A DNA stretch of 63,730 nt, filler included, from Octopus bimaculoides (GCF_001194135.2; 7 parts of 6 records of this genome joined end to end with filler, not necessarily neighbours in it), one strand, 5' to 3'. Shown: positions 13,930 to 28,444, counted from the first letter of the whole stretch. Translations and numbers: made by a program. The notes: generated by a model not told the origin, from the letters alone.

Positions 13930-14481
13930 GGGATAAAAATCCAAAATTACAGGTAAAAACTCAATTAAAATCAATTTATTAAAATTAAAATTAAATTAAG
14001 TTTCACAGTATTAAATATATACAAATATATAATTTTATATAAATATATNNNNNNNNNNNNNNNNNNNNNNNNNNNNNNNNNNNNNNNNNNNNNNNNNNNN
14101 NNNNNNNNNNNNNNNNNNNNNNNNNNNNNNNNNNNNNNNNNNNNNNNNNNNNNNNNNNNNNNNNNNNNNNNNNNNNNNNNNNNNNNNNNNNNNNNNNNNN
14201 NNNNNNNNNNNNNNNNNNNNNNNNNNNNNNNNNNNNNNNNNNNNNNNNNNNNNNNNNNNNNNNNNNNNNNNNNNNNNNNNNNNNNNNNNNNNNNNNNNNN
14301 NNNNNNNNNNNNNNNNNNNNNNNNNNNNNNNNNNNNNNNNNNNNNNNNNNNNNNNNNNNNNNNNNNNNNNNNNNNNNNNNNNNNNNNNNNNNNNNNNNNN
14401 NNNNNNNNNNNNNNNNNNNNNNNNNNNNNNNNNNNNNNNNNNNNNNNNNNNNNNNNNNNNNNNNNNNNNNNNNNNNNNNNN

Positions 14482-14539
<58 letters not shown>

Positions 14540-15367
14540 GTGTGTGTGTGATTACCGCAACTGTCTATAATAGTTAACATCAGTGTAGGCGTTGCCTTTT
14601 CATGACAAGAAGTCTGACACATACACGGTTGATTTTTAAAAGAATATAAGACACACCAGATCTGATCTCATAAGGGACTACATGAGAATACACGAGAAGC
14701 ATGAAGATGCGTTTAGATTATAGAACCTTTTTTTTTTATAATATATCCGAATAGATAAACTATAATTTTTAAGTGTCATAAAGGATTCATAAACCTTTTG
14801 TTGTACATTAACATCTATAATATTTGTAACAAACATTTCCGACATTTTAGTCAGTATTGAGTCTATAGATATCCTTCCTGTTTTTCAGTCCATCTTCACT
14901 AATTGAAGCATTAAAATATCCTGACTCCATTTATAATTCTTCTTTACAAATTCTTACATCAGTATCTCCTCGCTTCTTATATTATCATCTATTCGTTTCA
15001 CGTATGTTATTATCGAAAACATTGTTTTCGTGAAAATTTATCTCGTAACATTTGAACAATCGTTGTTTGTCTTTTCACTTTTACTTGTTTTTGTTCGCAT
15101 GCTATTTTTTCTTTCCGACTGTTTGGAGATAATGCGTACATGTTTGTGTTGTAATATTCATTGTATTATTTTAGTTCATTCTTCAGCCTACTGCGTAACG
15201 CACCATGAACTGTATTAACAGATAATATATATTTTGTATTTTTTCCGCAACCCAATAAGCTTGTTTTGTTTCTCTTTAACTTCATATCTGCTCGCTATAT
15301 TTTGTATAGTTAATGTAGTGGGAAATATAAAACAAGCTCACACCGTGTTACTTCTTTTCTCTGTCAG

Positions 15368-15421
15368 CCCCGTTGAATACGTTTCTTGGCATATTGTACG
15401 CTTGCATTGCTCGTTGTATAG
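15368..15421 (+). CDS. Possible 54-nt symmetric exon (unconfirmed)
   Basis: Acceptor ttacttcttttctctgtcag, donor TAG|gtatga; open in phase 1 as PLNTFLGILYACIARCI and also in phase 2. Confidence 0.2.
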
Positions 15422-16476
15422 GTATGATGATTTGCTTGTCCGCTGTTATTTAGAATTTGGATTTTAAGGAAAAGGCATTCTGGAATTCGTCAGAAATTAC
15501 GGTATTGGCAGTACAAAGTGAGAAACACTGCAGCTCCTCAAATTTATTGAATTCTCATAAACTTTTCTTTACCTTTTCTCACTTTCTGAAATATCCAACG
15601 AAATTCATGTAAGATTAATTTAAAACATTCTGCGTTTATACACACACACACACACATACACACACACACACATATATNNNNNNNNNNNNNNNNNNNNNNN
15701 NNNNNNNNNNNNNNNNNNNNNNNNNNNNNNNNNNNNNNNNNNNNNNNNNNNNNNNNNNNNNNNNNNNNNNNNNNNNNNNNNNNNNNNNNNNNNNNNNNNN
15801 NNNNNNNNNNNNNNNNNNNNNNNNNNNNNNNNNNNNNNNNNNNNNNNNNNNNNNNNNNNNNNNNNNNNNNNNNNNNNNNNNNNNNNNNNNNNNNNNNNNN
15901 NNNNNNNNNNNNNNNNNNNNNNNNNNNNNNNNNNNNNNNNNNNNNNNNNNNNNNNNNNNNNNNNNNNNNNNNNNNNNNNNNNNNNNNNNNNNNNNNNNNN
16001 NNNNNNNNNNNNNNNNNNNNNNNNNNNNNNNNNNNNNNNNNNNNNNNNNNNNNNNNNNNNNNNNNNNNNNNNNNNNNNNNNNNNNNNNNNNNNNNNNNNN
16101 NNNNNNNNNNNNNNNNNNNNNNNNNNNNNNNNNNNNNNNNNNNNNNNNNNNNNNNNNNNNNNNNNNNNNNNNNNNNNNNNNNNNNNNNNNNNNNNNNNNN
16201 NNNNNTATATATATATATATGTATATATATATGTATGTATGTATGTATATATGTATGTATATATATATCACGTTCTACGCAATGACACACTCCAGCAAAC
16301 TTAGATGCTCAGACTTTTATGTTTGTTTATTTATTGAACTTTATTTGTTTAATATTGTCCCTGTTTTAGAACATTGTGCGTTTGTAACTTGGTGAAATCT
16401 TTCCATCTAAGGTGTCTGTGTTGCAGAATTCGTTAAATCATGCATCAATAAGACATATCTCCGTAATATATATATT

Positions 16477-16529
<53 letters not shown>

Positions 16530-17202
16530 ACACACACAGCGAATTCCGCGAATAAACAAGACACACGCATTGCGCATGTAAAATGGATAGTGAATATTTT
16601 CGACTGTGTAGCATCTATCAATTTAACAATTATTGTATTTCTCTTAAATGTGTATGAAATATTAATTAAACATCTACTGAATATCATTTAAGGTCATATC
16701 ATATATCAAGCTTCCGTTGTATATCAAATATATATCATATATCAATAAAGCATTATCTCCAGTGAAACACTGACACATACACGCACACACACAAACACAC
16801 ACATATATACATATAGCAGTTAAAACCATAAATCTGTTAAACACTCATTTAAATGTTTATCATACGTCATATAATCTTACGTCAATTCATCATATTACAT
16901 TTGAAGAATTACCCTGTATCGTTTAGCGTTAGCATTCATCTTATATCAGTTAAGAATAGATATGTACCGGTATAGAATTCACGTTTAACTATTTAGATAG
17001 ACTATTTACAATACTTCGTGTACTTTTTCCCTTTGGTCCCAGCTATAATTTACATTCACACTTCCTAATTCTCATGTTGCATTCTTTTCATCCTGAACAC
17101 TCGACCAAGTGAGAAAGCACACACAAACTCCCATCTAAGTGTAAGTCATATTAGTGATTCAGGCATAAATATCTAAACGTTAAGAATATCATTAATTTAT
17201 TT

Positions 17203-17685
17203 AAGGCGGCAAGCAGGCAAAATCGTTTGGACGCCGGACAAAATGCTCAACGGCACCTCGTCCGTCTTTACTTTCTGAGTTCAAATTCTACCGAAGTCGA
17301 TTTTGACTTTCATCCTCTTGGAGTTGAAAACAAATGCGGATCCCAGGATTATTGGAATTTTAACAACATCGGAGCGGATATCCTGTGGCGCTTGCTGTGA
17401 ATTTTCGCATACTAAGTTCAAATCCCACGACGCCGAATTGGTTGGTGGTTTTAATTCCTCACTAGATATTCTTTTCTACTCTAGGTGCAAGTCCCAAAAT
17501 TTTGGGGGTAAGAGCCAGTTGATTAGATCGACCCCAGGACGCAACTGGTACTTAATTTATCGACCCCGAAAGGATGAACGGCAAAGTCGACCTCGGCGGA
17601 ATTTGAACTCAGAACGTAAAGGACAGTCGAAATACCGCTACGCATTTCGCCCTGCTTGATAACGTGTATGCCAGTTTGTCGCCTT
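17203..17685. mobile_element. Tail-to-tail inverted SINE B pair
   Basis: Plus head aaggcggcaagcaggc at 17203; near full-length minus copy 17465-17685. Confidence 0.85.
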
Positions 17686-17887
17686 ATTCTTCACTCGATA
17701 TTAACAGTAACGTTTAGCATCACCGGTGTCTGTCTCTAGCTTCTTTAGCGAATGTTGTAAGCATTTGCAACAGGTTTCCATGTGAAAGATACTTTCCTCC
17801 GTCACCTCGTCCTTGCATCTCTTCAACTTTTGAGGCCTTGTAAAGAGTCACATGTGATATCTTCCCTTCTAACTAAACTTACACAAA

Positions 17888-18368
17888 ACTGCCAAATGGC
17901 GTACTTGCGTGGTAAGAAGTTTACTTCCCAACCACATGATTCCGGGTTCAGTTCCACTTCGTGGCATCTTGGGCAAGTGTGGTTCTACTATAGTCACAGG
18001 TTGAGCAATTCCTTGAAGGTGAATATGGTGGAGAGAAACTGAAAGATGTCCCTCGTATACATGCATATATATACATACCTGCATACATGTATGCATGCAT
18101 GCGTACATACTTGTTTATGTATATATGTATGTGTGTGTATGTATGTATGTATGTATGTATGCATGTATGTATGTATGGGTATCGATTTGTGTATCTTTGT
18201 GTTCCTGTTTGTCCGCCACCACCGCTCGATAACCGGTGTTGATGTGTTTATGTCCCCGAAATTCAGCAAAGCTGTGAAAGAAATCGATAGGATGAGTACC
18301 AGGGTTGGTAAAATGTCTTCAAGGTGGTGCCCCAGAATGGCCATCGTCTAATGACTGAAACAAACAAA
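17888..18368 (+). mobile_element. SINE family A with tRNA-like head
   Basis: B box ggttcagttcc, ttgggcaagtg core, internal (TATG)n, aatgactgaaac tail. Confidence 0.85.
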
Positions 18369-19772
18369 AAGGTACAAAGGTAACTTATCACAACTACAAC
18401 CCAGTGAGTGACACGTTTAGGGTCCAAAATAAAATGAAAACTCCTTAGTTTTATTGTTTAATTGTTGTCAAAGAAAGAAACTAAGTAACATTAAAATTTT
18501 AATTGATTAATTATTGCATTAGGCGCGTTTAATGGAGAATGAGGCTGGGAAGAGTTCCCTGGGGATTGCTACCAAAAATAAGGGTTGGTTGTCAATTGCA
18601 GTTGTGGTTCACTCTCCATTTTCTTCTCCAATGTAATTACATTTTAAATAGATCGATTAGTGGTGGAAGATGATAGGAGTTCACTCCCCTGCTTGAACTA
18701 TATATTGAGTGCAGAGTGCATTGAATAACCAGCTGTAGAGGTGTCATCCTTGGGTTAAAATGGTAGTAATGTCGGTTCCCACAGAACAGCCATATCTAAG
18801 TGGCTATAAACATTACTTCTCAGTATAGGTACTACTTTCATCTTTTATAGAGATTTCCTAACTAGCTAATTTGCTTGTTGCAAGATCAGTGACTTGGTGT
18901 CACTTATCGTCTATATATTGCGTGCTGTAGTGAACTACTGCTGTGTCTCGTGGACAAGTATCCATCAGCAAGGATGATCACAAAGAGCTTCAAACTGTAC
19001 GGCTTGGTGGTCTCGTGGTTGGTAGATAGTAGGGGTTCACTCTACTAATTGCAATATATATCGTGTGCAGATTGCATCGAATAACTAGTTGAAGGAGGTT
19101 TCCTCCTTGGGGTCTCTGTATAGTTACTGATTTCATCACTTATAGAGATTTTCTAACTAGCTAAGTTACAATCTTTGTTATATATTCACACATGGTGAAT
19201 CGGCATGGCTTAGTGGTTAGCATGTTGGACTCATGAGCATAATATTTTTGTTTCGATTTCTTGACCGCGCAGGGCGTTTAGTGCAGCATAAGGCTGGGAA
19301 GGTGTCCTTCGGGAGTGTTACCAAAAGTAAAGTGTGGCTGTCACTTGCAGTTGTGGTTCACTCTCCGTTCCCATCTCCAATTTAATTACTATTAAAATAA
19401 ATCGAATTAGTAATAAATGCATGTCAAATAAATTACATTCTTTGTTATATATACACTTATGGTGGAACTGCATGGTTTGGTATTTAGACTGTTGGACTCA
19501 TGATGATCGTAACCTTGGTGGTTTCGATTTCTTTACCAGGCAATGCATTGGGTACTTGAGGAAAAGACTTCATTTCTCATTGATCCAGTTCACTCAGGTG
19601 GCAAAAGTCAGTAATCTTGCGATTGAACAGCACTCCATCCAGAGGGGGTAAATATATTTGCCACAGAAACCGGCAAACCGGCGTTATGAGTGCATATAAT
19701 TCAGGGGAGAGAGTTTTATTTTTATACATACCCTCACAAACGATGACGATGAGGTTCAGGATGGTGATGCAT

Positions 19773-19809
<37 letters not shown>

Positions 19810-20007
19810 CGATGATGAAGATGATTATGATGAGAATGATGCTGCAACAGTAAAGTAGTTGCAACAGTAATACATTTCCGAAGACGAATCGGAATAGTGA
19901 AGTTAATGTCACAAGCGAAAACAATAAATAACAGAGAAAGAGAAAATTAACGATATATATACCACAAACACACACACACACGCACACACACATACACACA
20001 CACACAC

Positions 20008-20038
<31 letters not shown>

Positions 20039-20280
20039 TNNNNNNNNNNNNNNNNNNNNNNNNNNNNNNNNNNNNNNNNNNNNNNNNNNNNNNNNNNNNN
20101 NNNNNNNNNNNNNNNNNNNNNNNNNNNNNNNNNNNNNNNNNNNNNNNNNNNNNNNNNNNNNNNNNNNNNNNNNNNNNNNNNNNNNNNNNNNNNNNNNNNN
20201 NNNNNNNNNNNNNNNNNNNNNNNNNNNNNNNNNNNNNNNNNNNNNNNNNNNNNNNNNNNNNNNNNNNNNNNNNNNNNNNN

Positions 20281-20382
<102 letters not shown>

Positions 20383-20936
20383 GACATACATAGATATGAA
20401 TGTATGTGAGGTGCTCTATGAGGGCTGATGTATGATCATGAGCGTTTACGTTTACAACAAGAATGTGTTTGTGTTTTATTACACACTGGGTAATTGTATA
20501 CGTAATGTTACTGTTCAAATAAACAATTCCATTATCTCTGCATCACTCAACAACATTGTCCATTGGTTATTCGCATTAAACTCCTACACAATTTTGAGCT
20601 CAACCATGGAAGCGTAGGCCACTTTTTGGATTAGGCATCACACATGCTCACACGCGTTTATATAGTCTCATACAGACACAGACACGCACGCACACAAACA
20701 CACACACACACACACACTCAAACGCGCATGTATACATACATGTATCAACAGGTTGCTTGTGCGTGTATGGAACACTCACGTTTCTAACTCGTCAGTAGAA
20801 ATACATTTTCAATTAAGCATTCATTTTGATGGATGTCTATATACGTACGTATATGTATGAAAGTGGCGGGGCGAATCCATGCATACATTCATACTTACAT
20901 ACATACAAGCAGTCAGTTAGATAAATGGAGGGCTTT

Positions 20937-20995
<59 letters not shown>

Positions 20996-21128
20996 TTATA
21001 TTCATGAATATATGCACCCCTTATATTTTACTTGTTAGTAGAAATATATTTTCAATTAAGTATTCAGTTTTGATGGATGTGTATATTCGTACATTTATGT
21101 ATATAACAGTTGCAGTATTTATACATAC

Positions 21129-21172
<44 letters not shown>

Positions 21173-21173
21173 T

Positions 21174-21232
<59 letters not shown>

Positions 21233-21307
21233 TGATAGATAGATAGATTGATAGCTAGATAGATAGATTCACTTATATTTGCTATTTGATTGTGACAGTG
21301 TGTGTGT

Positions 21308-21407
21308 NNNNNNNNNNNNNNNNNNNNNNNNNNNNNNNNNNNNNNNNNNNNTTAATTAATTAANNNNNNNNNNNNNNNNNNNNNNNNNNNNNNNNNNNNN
21401 NNNNNNN
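21308..21407. other. Artificial scaffold linker N44-TTAATTAATTAA-N44
   Basis: 12-mer at 21352-21363 with stops in all six frames inside a 100-nt gap; same construct recurs five more times. Confidence 0.95.
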
Positions 21408-21414
21408 TATATAG

Positions 21415-21458
<44 letters not shown>

Positions 21459-21552
21459 TTCTTTATTGCTCACAGGGGGCTAAACATAGAGGGGGCAAAC
21501 AAGGACAGACGAAGGGATTAAGTCGATTACATCGACCCCAGTGCGTGACTGG

Positions 21553-21588
<36 letters not shown>

Positions 21589-22395
21589 AGCATACAAACG
21601 CACAAAGCATCATGCACACACACATATACACTCACTCACACACACACACGCACACACACTCGCACAAAAAACATACAGATACATAAATGGGTGTATCAGC
21701 TGTTTCCGAATACGTCTGCTCTTGTATATACATATATACTTATGCGTGTTTTTGTTTGACTGTGAGTAGATTTGTGTTTTCTGTTTGACTGTGTGCATGC
21801 GCGTGAGGCTTTTGGGCGTGGTATAAATGATTACAAACATGAAAAGTGTTAAGTATTAGGTTTTATTTCTTTTACCTTCACTGGTTTCAGTCCTTGGACT
21901 GTGACTATGGCTATGATTCCGCCTACCCTGAAGAGTTTTAGTTCAATAAACCACCCTCAGAACATATTTCATTCTGGAACTTATTTTTCATTGCACTCTA
22001 ATTGTCTTATAAGTTGCAAGGTATAAAGAGACACAATGTATATATGTGGTATAATGAGACAATGTATATATATGTATATATATGCATGCGCGCGCACACA
22101 CACACACACATATAAACATCTTTATACACAGATTTACACACATGCACACAAACGCACTCACACACGCAATCCGCCTCTGCCTTTCACACGTACACACCCT
22201 CTACCGCCCCACTCTGTCAGAGACACACGCTTACACAACTCCCTTTCTTTCACACACACACACATCCTCTCTCTCTCTCTTTCTCTCTCTCTTTTCTACA
22301 CCCTCTCTCAAACACAAACACTCATGCATATATAAATTAATATTAATAAATGACAAAAGAAAAGGTGTTATATAATTGCATTCATTAATTTACAG

Positions 22396-22440
22396 CTGCT
22401 TCCGCTTTAAAGAATAGTGCATCAAGCGGTGCGAGTCAAC
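22396..22440 (+). CDS. Possible 45-nt phase 1-1 exon (unconfirmed)
   Basis: Acceptor ttcattaatttacag, donor AAC|gtgagc; reads ASALKNSASSGASQ. Confidence 0.2.
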
Positions 22441-22472
22441 GTGAGCGACTTCTCACCTTCATCAGTGCGTGT

Positions 22473-22506
<34 letters not shown>

Positions 22507-23078
22507 ACGCGCGTAAGCGCATGCTTCCGCAATTTCCGTCTACCTTATTTATTCACAAACATTAAAACATTGGTGTACTTGAAGAAATTATCTGAGATGT
22601 TATGTAGTGAGAGCGAATCCGAAACTACGTGTTTGCAACGCGAACGCCTTAGCTACGCAACCATTCCTGCGCTTATTTGTTGCTTATAATTTCTATTTCT
22701 ATAAAAATGGTGCAGATACATAAAAAATGCACATTTTCACAGGTGCACGTGCATAATGACGAGCAGATGGAACAACACATGCACACACATATACATAATA
22801 AGGAAATCATTCACCTGAAAATACAAATCTGCATAGATAGATAGATAGATGCACATCAGCATATATATATAATACAAATAATATGTGAGTATATGCATAT
22901 ATACGTACATGCATGTACATACCTACATCTACATGTATATGCAGATACATATCTAGGTACAGGACGCCACAAAAAAACGTGGAGAAAATGAGAAACAGAA
23001 CATAAACAGAGCACAGAAAACACACAGGCCACATAGAGAACATTTCCTTCATCATTCTAAACTAAGCGTTTCGAAGAA

Positions 23079-23119
<41 letters not shown>

Positions 23120-25105
23120 ATGTATATATGTGTGTGTGTGTATGTATATATGTGTGTGTGTGTNNNNNNNNNNNNNNNNNNNNNNNNNNNNNNNNNNNNN
23201 NNNNNNNNNNNNNNNNNNNNNNNNNNNNNNNNNNNNNNNNNNNNNNNNNNNNNNNNNNNNNNNNNNNNNNNNNNNNNNNNNNNNNNNNNNNNNNNNNNNN
23301 NNNNNNNNNNNNNNNNNNNNNNNNNNNNNNNNNNNNNNNNNNNNNNNNNNNNNNNNNNNNNNNNNNNNNNNNNNNNNNNNNNNNNNNNNNNNNNNNNNNN
23401 NNNNNNNNNNNNNNNNNNNNNNNNNNNNNNNNNNNNNNNNNNNNNNNNNNNNNNNNNNNNNNNNNNNNNNNNNNNNNNNNNNNNNNNNNNNNNNNNNNNN
23501 NNNNNNNNNNNNNNNNNNNNNNNNNNNNNNNNNNNNNNNNNNNNNNNNNNNNNNNNNNNNNNNNNNNNNNNNNNNNNNNNNNNNNNNNNNNNNNNNNNNN
23601 NNNNNNNNNNNNNNNNNNNNNNNNNNNNNNNNNNNNNNNATATATATATATATATATATATATGGGGATGTTTCTATGTGGCCTGCTTGTTTGTTGCACC
23701 TTGTTTACCATTTTGTCCATGTTCTTTTGCCACGTCATGTACCCAGTTATGTATCTATGTGTACATGTGGATGGATGAAGGTATATACATACATGTACAT
23801 ATATATGCATATACTCATATTTTGTTTATATATATACACCTGTATGCGTGTGTGTGGGTTAACGTTTTTCTTTTGCTTGCTTGTATTCTATACCGAGTTA
23901 TAACAAAAGCAATTTAGTATTAATCTGAATAACCTTAATAGTCCATTCTCTGAGAATGGACTACGCGGAGCAAGAGCACACAAGAGGGCAGAAAGTGTCG
24001 CTGAAGTGGTCACAGATGTGTGGAGAAGGATTTCCGGACTATAGACATGAGTTAAAATAAGAACACTAATAAACGAGAGAATAACGAATAAAAAGTGTGT
24101 GTGTTTGTTTGGCAAAATAAAAAAAGAATTACCATCCCGAAATACAACAATATCTGTTTCAACACACGGTTTCACACCAGGAACCTTGCAACACAAATTC
24201 GTATATACATATACATACACATATATATATNNNNNNNNNNNNNNNNNNNNNNNNNNNNNNNNNNNNNNNNNNNNNNNNNNNNNNNNNNNNNNNNNNNNNN
24301 NNNNNNNNNNNNNNNNNNNNNNNNNNNNNNNNNNNNNNNNNNNNNNNNNNNNNNNNNNNNNNNNNNNNNNNNNNNNNNNNNNNNNNNNNNNNNNNNNNNN
24401 NNNNNNNNNNNNNNNNNNNNNNNNNNNNNNNNNNNNNNNNNNNNNNNNNNNNNNNNNNNNNNNNNNNNNNNNNNNNNNNNNNNNNNNNNNNNNNNNNNNN
24501 NNNNNNNNNNNNNNNNNNNNNNNNNNNNNNNNNNNNNNNNNNNNNNNNNNNNNNNNNNNNNNNNNNNNNNNNNNNNNNNNNNNNNNNNNNNNNNNNNNNN
24601 NNNNNNNNNNNNNNNNNNNNNNNNNNNNNNNNNNNNNNNNNNNNNNNNNNNNNNNNNNNNNNNNNNNNNNNNNNNNNNNNNNNNNNNNNNNNNNNNNNNN
24701 NNNNNNNNNNNNNNNNNNNNNNNNNNNNNNNNNNNNNNNNNNNNNNNNNNNNNNNNNNNNNNNNNNNNNNNNNNNNNNNNNNNNNNNNNNNNNNNNNNNN
24801 NNNNNNNNNNNNNNNNNNNNNNNNNNNNNNNNNNNNNNNNNNNNNNNNNNNNNNNNNNNNNNNNNNNNNNNNNNNNNNNNNNNNNNNNNNNNNNNNNNNN
24901 NNNNNNNNNNNNNNNNNNNNNNNNNNNNNNNNNNNNNNNNNNNNNNNNNNNNNNNNNNNNNNNNNNNNNNNNNNNNNNNNNNNNNNNNNNNNNNNNNNNN
25001 NNNNNNNNNNNNNNNNNNNNNNNNNNNNNNNNNNNNNNNNNNNNNNNNNNNNNNNNNNNNNNNNNNNNNNNNNNNNNNNNNNNNNNNNNNNNNNNNNNNN
25101 NNNNG

Positions 25106-25825
25106 GTTACATTGACACCAGTGCTCAACTGGTATTTATTTTACGAATCCCGAAAAGATGAAAAGCAAAGTCAATACTGTTGGCTTTTGAACTCAGAACG
25201 TAAGTAAAGCCGGACAAAAAGCTGATAAGGATTTTGTCCGGCGCGGTCATTTAAATGCTTAGCGGACGAAATGCTATTTCGTCTGTCTTTACGTTCTGAG
25301 TTCATATTACGCCGAGGTCGACTTTGCCTTTCATCCTTTCGGGGTCGATAAATTTAGTACCAGTTGCGTACTGGGGTTGATCTATTCGACTGGCGCCTTC
25401 CCCAAAAGTTTCGGGCCTTGTGCCTAGAGTAGAAAGGATTCTGTCCTCATATTACGATTCTACCAGAGCACCGCCTGTCCTCACATTACATTCTTCTGTT
25501 TCCTTTTCATTTATTTTTTTCCTAACCCACATGTAGTGGGTTCAGTCCCACTGCATGGCACCTTGGACAAATGTCTTCTACAAAAAGTGACCGCTGGAAT
25601 GCGTACTAGGCTTACAAAATAAGCCCTGGGTTCGATTTCTTCGTCTAAAAAAAAAAAACCTTCAAGGCGGTGCTCCAGCATGGTTTCAGTCAAGTGACTG
25701 AAACAAGTAAAAGAATATTTCTTTATTGCCCACAGGGGGATAAACAAAGAGGGGACAAACAATGACAGACAAAAGGATTAAGTCGATTACATCGACCGCA
25801 GTGCGTAACTGGTACTTATTTAATC
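25106..25825. mobile_element. SINE cluster: B(-), B(+), A(+), B-variant(-)
   Basis: Family motifs at about 25106-25245, 25250-25440, 25520-25715 and 25715-25825. Confidence 0.85.
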
Positions 25826-26639
25826 NNNNNNNNNNNNNNNNNNNNNNNNNNNNNNNNNNNNNNNNNNNNNNNNNNNNNNNNNNNNNNNNNNNNNNNNNNN
25901 NNNNNNNNNNNNNNNNNNNNNNNNNNNNNNNNNNNNNNNNNNNNNNNNNNNNNNNNNNNNNNNNNNNNNNNNNNNNNNNNNNNNNNNNNNNNNNNNNNNN
26001 NNNNNNNNNNNNNNNNNNNNNNNNNNNNNNNNNNNNNNNNNNNNNNNNNNNNNNNNNNNNNNNNNNNNNNNNNNNNNNNNNNNNNNNNNNNNNNNNNNNN
26101 NNNNNNNNNNNNNNNNNNNNNNNNNNNNNNNNNNNNNNNNNNNNNNNNNNNNNNNNNNNNNNNNNNNNNNNNNNNNNNNNNNNNNNNNNNNNNNNNNNNN
26201 NNNNNNNNNNNNNNNNNNNNNNNNNNNNNNNNNNNNNNNNNNNNNNNNNNNNNNNNNNNNNNNNNNNNNNNNNNNNNNNNNNNNNNNNNNNNNNNNNNNN
26301 NNNNNNNNNNNNNNNNNNNNNNNNNNNNNNNNNNNNNNNNNNNNNNNNNNNNNNNNNNNNNNNNNNNNNNNNNNNNNNNNNNNNNNNNNNNNNNNNNNNN
26401 NNNNNNNNNNNNNNNNNNNNNNNNNNNNNNNNNNNNNNNNNNNNNNNNNNNNNNNNNNNNNNNNNNNNNNNNNNNNNNNNNNNNNNNNNNNNNNNNNNNN
26501 NNNNNNNNNNNNNNNNNNNNNNNNNNNNNNNNNNNNNNNNNNNNNNNNNNNNNNNNNNNNNNNNNNNNNNNNNNNNNNNNNNNNNNNNNNNNNNNNNNNN
26601 NNNNNNNNNNNNNNNNNNNNNNNNNNNNNNNNNNNNNCC

Positions 26640-26968
26640 GCGAATGCATCGATAGAGTAAGTACCGGGCAAAGCCTACCTCGACGGTATTTGAACTCAAG
26701 ATGTAAAATCGGACGAAATGCTGCTAAGCATTCCTGCGCGAAGTGCTTACTATTCTTTCCTACTCTAGGCACAAGGCCCGATATTTTGGGGGAGGGGGCC
26801 AGTCGATTAGATCGACCTCAGTACGCAACTGATACTTAATTTATCGACTCCGAAAGGATGAAAGGCAAAGTCGACCTCGGCGGAATATGAATTCAGAACG
26901 TAAAGACAGACGAAATACTGCTAAGCCTTTCGTCCGGTGTGCTAACGTTTCTACCAGCTCACTGCCAA
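26640..26968 (-). mobile_element. Two SINE B copies in tandem, the second near full length
   Basis: Core and B-box motifs. Confidence 0.85.
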
Positions 26969-27009
26969 GGTAACCTAATGTTAATAACCATCATTCATTT
27001 ATTAACTGC

Positions 27010-27215
27010 GAAGGTGCATGGCTTAGTGGTCAGGGTATTCAGCTCACGAACGTAAGGTCGCGAGTTCCATTCCCGGCGACGCATTGTTTCCTTGAGCTCC
27101 AGTTCACTCAGATGACAAAAATGAGTTGTACCTGTAATTCAAAAGAGCAGCTTTGTCACACTTTGTGTCACGCTGAATCTCCCTAAGAACTACGTAATGG
27201 GCACGTGTGTCTGTG
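27010..27215 (+). mobile_element. tRNA-derived SINE family C
   Basis: A box tggcttagtgg, B box gagttccattcc, body ttgtcacact...gtcacgctgaatctccc. Confidence 0.85.
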
Positions 27216-28025
27216 GAATGTTCCCTCTGCGGTATTAGTGTCTCATGTTAGGGTACCGCCATATCACCCTAGTATTTATTTGGTACCTAATTTAGTAATT
27301 TATTTTATCGATTTGCATCGATTGAAAGATTTGAGTTTTTACCGTTTGGCTTAAATGAGAGTACCATTTCATTCCAGTATTAAAAGAAGGCAGAGGATGT
27401 TTCAGAGTGAATGGAATCCGCTGTCATTAATGACAAGAAAGACAGCGTTAGACAAAATGGTTATCGTCGGACAAAATGGTTATCGGCATTTCTTGCGGGT
27501 TCTTGTGAGTTCGAATTCTGGCGTTAATGATTTTTGCCTTTCAACCAATTGGGGTCCTTAAAATAAGTAGCAGCAGTTGAGTACTGAAGTCAATGTAATT
27601 GACTTACCACTTTCCACAAAATTTCAGGCCTTGTACTAGAGTAGAAGAAATTATATATACACATAATAAGCGTAGGCTGGCTGTGGGATCTATTTCAAAA
27701 CGGGGGCACCAGTTTTCATTTATGTTTTATGTAGTGTTTTTGGTACCGAAAGACTTTCAAACTTCGTATACTTATCTATTTTGTGTTATAGAAGAGAAAA
27801 AAAATTTTGTATTCGAATTTATTTCATGTAAAAAATTGTCTTATTTCGATAATTTCTACTAATCACTGACGTCTATTCAGTTGAAAACAGTTAGCGCTGT
27901 AACGGTGTATATCGTATTAATCCCCTAACCCTAACTAGACTGTTAACCCTAACCCTAACATCCAAACTCTAAAATTGTTGCACACATAGATACGCACAGC
28001 GTAATTTATTATATAAACAATATAT

Positions 28026-28189
28026 GCGTATAAATTACGATTAAACCGGATGAAATATGTCACAGGGAATAACATTTTTATGACCGCCCAGCAGTAACTC
28101 TATTCAGCTGAATAGAGTTACTGCTGGGCGGTCATAAAAATGTTATTCCCTGTGACATATTTCATCCGGTTTAATCGTAATTTATACGC
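28026..28189. repeat. Perfect 164-bp palindrome with 82-bp arms and no spacer
   Basis: Symmetry centre ttcag|ctgaa at 28107/28108; right arm ends exactly at an N gap. Confidence 0.95.
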
Positions 28190-28289
28190 NNNNNNNNNNN
28201 NNNNNNNNNNNNNNNNNNNNNNNNNNNNNNNNNNNNNNNNNNNNNNNNNNNNNNNNNNNNNNNNNNNNNNNNNNNNNNNNNNNNATATA

Positions 28290-28407
28290 TATACCAGGCA
28301 GTGGCTTCATGGTTTCTGATCTTAGCTGATTGGAAGTATTGTTGTGTACATAGTTTTGTCTTGGTATAAAAGATGGGCTGCAGCAAATATTCTGCTCAAT
28401 ACCACAG

Positions 28408-28410
<3 letters not shown>
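28290..28410 (+). mobile_element. Partial copy of the SINE3 body
   Basis: Near-identical to about 29545-29665. Confidence 0.85.

Positions 28411-28444
<34 letters not shown>

Noticed and set aside
23939-23963. 25-bp hairpin tagtccattctc-t-gagaatggacta
   Set aside because: Isolated and short, with no recurrence or functional context seen.
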